DNA of 64,000 nucleotides from the human T2T-CHM13v2.0 reference genome, Homo sapiens. The translations under genes were made by a program, and so were the position numbers. Shown one piece after another: positions 58,398 through 64,000 of the stretch. Under the pieces are notes generated by a model. That model was not told where the DNA came from and searched no databases. It worked only from the letters and a program-made list of their open reading frames with translations. The number at the start of each line of letters is the position of its first letter. The first letter of the stretch is position 1. The stretch is taken from the NCBI RefSeq assembly GCF_009914755.1, contig NC_060931.1; one strand, given 5' to 3'.

Positions 58398-58814
58398 TTG
58401 TGGACATGGTCATGTGTCTTCCGGGTTCACCCTCCAGGGAAGACTTGCCCCAGCTGCTGTGAGTGCTGTCAGTAGACAGCATTTGACTGTCTGGTTCTTC
58501 AGGGATTGCTCCACTGTCGAGAGCTGCTTCAGCCAAGATCACCTTCTCAGAGCAACCCACCTCCAGTGACTGAACGGAGGTTAGAATAGCCTAGCCATTT
58601 GGCTCAACAAGGACAATTCTGACAAGCAGCTTCAGCTTAGGAACTGTCTTTAGGGTTGTCTGGCATGCCTCATAGCACATAACTTACCATTTGACCAACC
58701 CTGCTTCCTTTCCCTCTCTTCCATAGGTATGGATCTCAAGGGGATTCTTTAATACACATTTGGCCCACTAAATACCATTTCAGAGGCTACTTCCCAGAAA
58801 ATCCCTTGTGCCAC
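58398..58814 (+). mobile_element. LTR16C-like ERVL solo LTR
   Basis: gacttgccccagctgctgtgagtgctg; cttcagggattgc; ccctgcttcctttccctctcttccataggt; cagaggctacttccc. Confidence 0.75.
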
Positions 58815-58816
58815 TG

Positions 58817-59415
58817 TTTTTTTTTAATTAAATTTAATTTTTTATAATGACATAAATTGTATATATTTACAGTGTACAACATGATGTTTTGAAGTACGTA
58901 TACATTGTGAAATAACTAAATCTAGCATATTCACATATGCATTACCTCACATATCATTTTTATGGTGAGAACACTTTACACCCACTTTCTTAGCATTTTT
59001 AAGAATACAATACATCATATACTACAGTTACCATGTTGTACAATAGGTCTCTTGAACTTATTCTTCCTGTCTAACTGAATTTTTGTATCCTTTGTCCAAC
59101 CTCTCCCCAGAACAAGCCTTTGGTAACTACCATTCTTCTCTCTACTTCTATGAGATCAACACTTTTTTTTTTGTTTGTTTCCACATATGAGTGAGATCAT
59201 GCAGTATTTGCTTGGCTTATTTCACTTAATATAATGTTCTCCATGTCATCCATGTTGCACAAATGACAGGGTTTCATTCTTTTCATGGCTGAATAGTATT
59301 CCTTTGTGTATATATACTATGTTTTCTTTACCCATTCATGTTTTCATGGGCACTTAGGTTTATCCCATGTCTTGGCTATTGTGAATAATGAATGCTGCAT
59401 TGAATGTTGGAGTGT
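58817..59415 (-). mobile_element. L1MA 3' end
   Basis: gtgtacaacatgatgttttga; ccatgttgtacaataggtctcttgaactta; ccacatatgagtgagatcatgc. Confidence 0.85.
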
Positions 59416-60128
59416 TGTTTGAGTTTGCTTGATTGGATCCCTTTTATGTCACATAATGTTCTCTGTATTTCCTGCAAATTGGTAGTTAGATTTAAAATTT
59501 AGTTTCAGGGTTGATTTATTTTTTTCAATACTACTTTATTAGTAGTGTTATACCATCATCTTTCAACATTAGAAACCATTGATAATCGTACCTTTATCCA
59601 GCATGTCATTATTATTGCTATTATAATTGTTTAGTACATTTCAAGGATATAATATGCTAAATACCACGTCCTTCTACTCATAAGACAAATGTAAAGCAGG
59701 GGAAATTTGATTTTGGTTGTTCTCCATCTTCTTTTCCATTAGACCATTAGGCACCCAGTGGCTTTTTGCCATGTGGAGTTTCACGCTTTGGTCCTATGCT
59801 GTCATGCCCTTTTATCGCACCTTAACTATTAAGGGTGATAGTAATTAATATTGTGCCCATTTATGGACTGGGTACTAGTAAAAAATAATGGCTCATGATT
59901 TTTTCTCCCAGAAGAAAATATCTAAATTGCTGACAGCCACATTTTGGGTCTTATTTCAAACTAGTAACACAAAGCTTTTTTTAAACAAATTTTTAAAGTC
60001 CTTTTTATATGGTCTTTTCTCAAGAAAATAAACACAATCTGGAACATTAATAAGTTACAGCATGTCTTCAAATAACATACTTTCATTTGTTTTGTTATAA
60101 TATTGGTGAGAAAAAAATTGACAGTGGC

Positions 60129-60461
60129 TGATATGGTTTGGCTCTGTATCCCCAGCCAAATCTCATCTTGAATTGTAATCCCCACGGTCGAGGGAGACAA
60201 GTGATTGGATCATGGGGGGCGGTTTCCCCCACGCTGTTCTCGTGATAGTAAGTGAGTTCTCATGAGGTCTGATGGCTTTATAAATGGCAGTTTCCCCTAC
60301 CCTCTTCTCACTTCCCTCCTGCCACCTTGTGAAGAAGGTGCCTGCTTCCCCTTTGCCTTCTGCCATGATTGTAAGTTTCCTGAGGCCTCCCCAGCTATAT
60401 GGAATGGTGACTCAATTAAACCCCTTTCCTTTATAAGTCACCCAGTCTTGGGTATTTCTTT
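60129..60461 (+). mobile_element. THE1D-like LTR, 3' end truncated
   Basis: tgatatggtttggctctg...cccagtcttgggtatttcttt, then (CT)n. Confidence 0.88.
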
Positions 60462-60484
60462 CTTTCTCTCTCTCTCTCTCTCTC

Positions 60485-60730
60485 AGTATTTATCCTTTGT
60501 GTTACAAACAATCCAATCATGCTATTTTAGTTATTTTAAAATGTACAATTAAATTGTGACTATAGTCACCCTGTTGTGATATCAAATACTAGGTCTTATT
60601 CATTCTTTGTATATTTTTTGTACCCATTAACCATGCCCACCTCCTCCCCACCTTCCTATTACCCTCCCAGTCTCTGGTAACCATTCTTCTACTCTATATC
60701 TCCATTGAGTTTGATTGTTTTGATTTTTAT
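60485..60730 (-). mobile_element. L1MA 3'UTR fragment
   Basis: tatcctttgtgttacaaacaatccaat; gactatagtcaccctgttgtg; ctctggtaaccattcttctactcta. Confidence 0.8.
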
Positions 60731-60734
60731 ATCT

Positions 60735-61565
60735 ATTTTTCTAAATTATGTCTTAGAGACTTATCTATGTTTTTTGACTGTAGCAAAATTAATTCCCTCT
60801 CATTGCAGTAAAGTATTCGTTGTATGCAAATATGACAACATTCTATAGTTGATGAATATTTGGGCTCTCCAGTTGGTAACTATTCCAAAAAGGCACTGCT
60901 AAGAACAATTCTGTTCACATTTTTAGTACATAGTAGACATCAAAAGAATTTTCCAAAGCTGCAGAAATTTACCCTCCCACCAACAATACATGATAGTTGC
61001 ACATAAATACTGACAATGCTTGGTTTTATCAGTATTTTTAATATAGGTGTTTTTTCTGAATTTGTAATTGAAGGTTATACATAATTTTAACTTGCATTTT
61101 GCTAAAGACTACTGAAGATTTGCACATTTTCATTCCTGTCTATTATGCATAGAGCATCCTCTTTTATAAAGTGCCCATTCCAGTCCTTTGATCATTTTAA
61201 AAATTGTATTCTTTGTCTTTTTCTTACTGATTTGTAAGAATCCTTTACATATATAGGATATGAATCCTTAGTCAGATATAGTTAAAGCAAATTTCTTTTT
61301 CCACTTGTGGCTTGTCTTTTACTCTTTGAATGGTTATAATAAACAGAAGTCTTTAATTTTAGCAAAATCCAATTTATGGGTTATTTATTTTATAATTATT
61401 GCTTTTTATGTACTAGGAAGTCTTTGCATATCACAAACTCATGAGGATATTTAACCATGAAAGTTTCCAGAAGCTTTTTAAATCCTTCCCATTGAGTTCT
61501 GTAATTTATCTGGAATAGATATTTGTATATACTGTATGGTAGGGGTTTAGATTATTGTTTTCAGC
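60735..61565 (-). mobile_element. Very old L1ME-like fragment
   Basis: ccctcccaccaacaata; gtctttttcttactgatttgtaagaa; aacagaagtctttaattttag. Confidence 0.6.
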
Positions 61566-61662
61566 ATAGCTGTAGTACAATTGTTAATGCTTACAAAAAG
61601 CTTTTTTCTGCTATTTTATTTGGCTTTCATACTTATTCCTAATGGAAGAAAATATCTGGAAG

Positions 61663-61716
61663 CCGTGCCATAGGCTTAAGGCGTGCCATAGGCTTAAGTC
61701 ATGACATAGGCTTAAG
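61663..61716 (+). repeat. 18-bp tandem repeat, 3 units
   Basis: ccgtgccataggcttaag / gcgtgccataggcttaag / tcatgacataggcttaag. Confidence 0.93.
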
Positions 61717-62584
61717 TGGAATTCCCATTGTAAACTGCTTGTATTTCTCTTTAAATGATGTAATGATCAGGCTGAATCTATTATTAAAACAGAATGATTT
61801 GTCTAGCTATGTACCATTTTTGTATATTTCTATATAATTACTTTTCTCAATCTCTTAAAAATACGATAGTTCTTTTAAAAGTTGATATTTTACTGATAAA
61901 ATATCTCTTTCAGATGCACATTTCTGATATACACAAAGGACTTAAAATGAAAAGTATACTTCTATGTTAACATGATTATGTTAATATTATCTTGGTCCAT
62001 GAATTAAAATTGAATCTCAGGAGAGGCAATACATTCTCCCACACTTCTAAAAAATAAAAACGTACTCTCATTTTTCTTAAAAATTTTCAGCCACTTTATC
62101 AGTAAAGAAAAAATTCATTTTGGATTTCAGCTGTAGGAAATTGGTTATATGGGGCAGCAATAGGCAAAATATTCTGTAAAATTAATTGTCATGCTGATAA
62201 TAACTGTCAAAATATTGTTATAGACTGTCTATAGTACAGTCAACAGAAACACCACCATTGTAGAAATAATTGTAATCTCTCTATATTTTTGAGGAAATAT
62301 AGTTAATTATTTTAAAGCTGGATATAGACAGAAAATGTACATTGTTTTTACATTCTCCTAACTTATTTAAAAGAAAATAACATTTATTTAGTTTGTATAA
62401 CATACATTTAGTAATACCTCAATAGATATTTTGTATATAATACTTAGAAATTCTCCTGTTATACTTCTCATTTATTTTAGGTTAATAGCAGGTTATTAGG
62501 ATTTTAACTTGGGTTTTGAAATATGACACATTTTAAGCATTTTATAATGGAAGAAACTCATTTACATAAATATATTTATATAGC

Positions 62585-62750
62585 TTGGTGGCCATGAAAA
62601 TATGCTACTCAGATCTCTTACTGCTAGAGGCATAATGGACTGATGGCCTCTGTTGTTGGCACTCTTGTTCCTTCACTGTGCTCCTGCTAAAGCCAAGCAC
62701 TCTGTGAGCTGCTCTCATTCCATGTCTGAGCACAACAGGGGTATTAAGGC
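62585..62750 (+). mobile_element. LTR16A-like 5' fragment
   Basis: tggtggccatg...gctactcagatctc...gctgctctcattccatgtctgagcacaacagggg. Confidence 0.5.
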
Positions 62751-62849
62751 ATTTGCTATAAATTGTTTTCAGAAAAAGATAAAATCATGACTTCTATACG
62801 GATATAAAATAAAGTTAAAGATTTTATTAAACTTATCATGACAGAACCA

Positions 62850-63405
62850 GTTATTCCACTTACTGAAGTTTCTAAAGTATCAAATTCATAGAAGCAGAGA
62901 ATAGAATTGTGGTTGTCAGGGGCTGAGGGGAAGGAGTGTATTGGTCCATTTTTACACTGCTAATAAAGGCATTCCCGAGACTGGGTAATTTATAAAGAAA
63001 AAGAGGTCTAATGGACTCACAGTTCCACACAGCTGGGGAGGCATCACAATCATGGTGGAAGATGAAGGAGAAGTAAAGGCACGTCTCACATGGCAGGAGG
63101 GAAGAGAGTATGTACAGGGGAACTGCCCTTTATAAAACCATCAGATCTGGTAAGACTTATTCACTATCATGAGAACAGCATGGGAAAACCCACCTTCATG
63201 ATGTAATTACCTCCCACTGGGTCTCTCCCAAGACATGTGGAGATTATGGGAGCTACGATTCAAAATGAGATTTGGGTGGGGACATAGCCAAACCATATCA
63301 AGGGGAAATGGGGAATCATTGCTTAATGGGTATAAAGTTTTAGTTATACAAAATGAATAAAATCTAGATATCTGTTGTACAACATAGTACCTATAATTAA
63401 CAATA
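62850..63405 (+). mobile_element. L1MA/MB 3'UTR, interrupted by THE1 and MER2
   Basis: caaattcatagaagcagagaatagaattgtggttgtcaggggctg...aatgggtataaagttttagttata...ctgttgtacaacatag. Confidence 0.82.
62937..63300 (-). mobile_element. THE1C-like solo LTR
   Basis: tgtattggtccat...aaaccatatca; TSD AGGAG/AGGGG. Confidence 0.9.
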
Positions 63406-63591
63406 CAGTTAGCCCTCCCCATTTGTGGGTTCTGCATCCACAGACTCAATCAACTATGGATTTAAATTTTTTTAATTAAAATAATACAAAAATTAAAAAT
63501 AATATAATAAAAATAATACAGTATAACAATTATTTACACAGTGTTTATATTGTGTTTGGTATTGTAAGGAATCTAGACATGATTTAAAGTA
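63406..63591 (+). mobile_element. MER2B-like Tigger MITE, 5' part
   Basis: TA|cagttagccctcc...tgtgggttctgcatcc...atctagacatgatttaaagTA. Confidence 0.8.
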
Positions 63592-63794
63592 CTGTCAGCC
63601 CCTGTATCCATGTGTTCTACATCCGTTGTTTCAACCAACCTCTGACAGAAAATATTTTAAAAAATTACATCTATGCTGAGCATGTGCAAACATTTTTCTT
63701 GTTATTATTCCCTGAAAATTACAGTACATCAACTATCTACATAGCATTTACACGGAATGAGGTATTACAAGTAATCTAGAGGTGATTTGAAATG
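63592..63794 (+). mobile_element. MER2 Tigger MITE, 5' part
   Basis: ctgtcagcccctgtatccatg...ttcaaccaacc...gtaatctagaggtgatttgaaatg. Confidence 0.82.
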
Positions 63795-64000
63795 CAGCCA
63801 TGCATTGCTTAATGATAAGGATACATTCTGAGAAATGCATTGATAGGTGATTTCATCACTGTGAAAACACAGTGTGGTTACACAAACCTAGATGGTATAG
63901 TCTACTACATTCCTAGACTAGATAGTATAGCCTATTGCTACTAGGCTACAAACCTGTGCAGCATGTTAATGTAGTGAATACTGTAGGCACAATGGTATTT
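63795..64000 (+). mobile_element. Tigger3 (GOLEM/MER7) 5' end, runs off the window
   Basis: cagccatgcattgcttaatga...ttctgagaaatgc...acacaaacctagatggtatag...ctaggctacaaacctg. Confidence 0.88.

Noticed and set aside
61663-61716. Short repeats as a possible CRISPR-like array
   Set aside because: Units are contiguous with no unique spacers, the DNA is primate, and there are no cas-like ORFs.

Overview
This is AT-rich, CpG-depleted primate genomic DNA. AluY, L1PA3/4-type and THE1 elements point to a catarrhine, probably human. It looks intergenic or deep-intronic. I recognise no host protein-coding gene, tRNA, rRNA or CRISPR array, and the ORF track is explained by L1 ORF2 remnants, Alu/LTR read-through, microsatellites or chance. 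The window holds about 11 Alu pieces, several L1 fragments, many solo LTRs (THE1/MST, MLT1, MLT2, LTR1-, LTR16-, LTR47-, MER4- and MER31-like), a decayed ERVL LTR plus internal segment, DNA-transposon fossils (MER2, Tigger3, MER3, MER5A, MADE1), MIR/L2 and simple repeats. Repeat family names come from my recall of consensus sequences, not from a search. The most interesting signals are: (1) a possible minus-strand spliced non-coding transcript at 0.2-2.6 kb whose 35-nt exon donor sits in a 10-bp hairpin, with same-strand THE1 LTRs carrying DUX4-type motifs upstream; (2) an AluY with almost no CpG decay beside a MER5A carrying AP-1/FOX motifs; (3) an ungapped 207-bp, 90%-identical direct duplication of apparently unique DNA; (4) a twin-primed L1 inside an LTR1 with both target-site duplications (TSDs) readable; (5) a MER2/MER2/Tigger3 nest that reuses the same TA site. 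None is demonstrated to be a new biological system; all are testable hypotheses.
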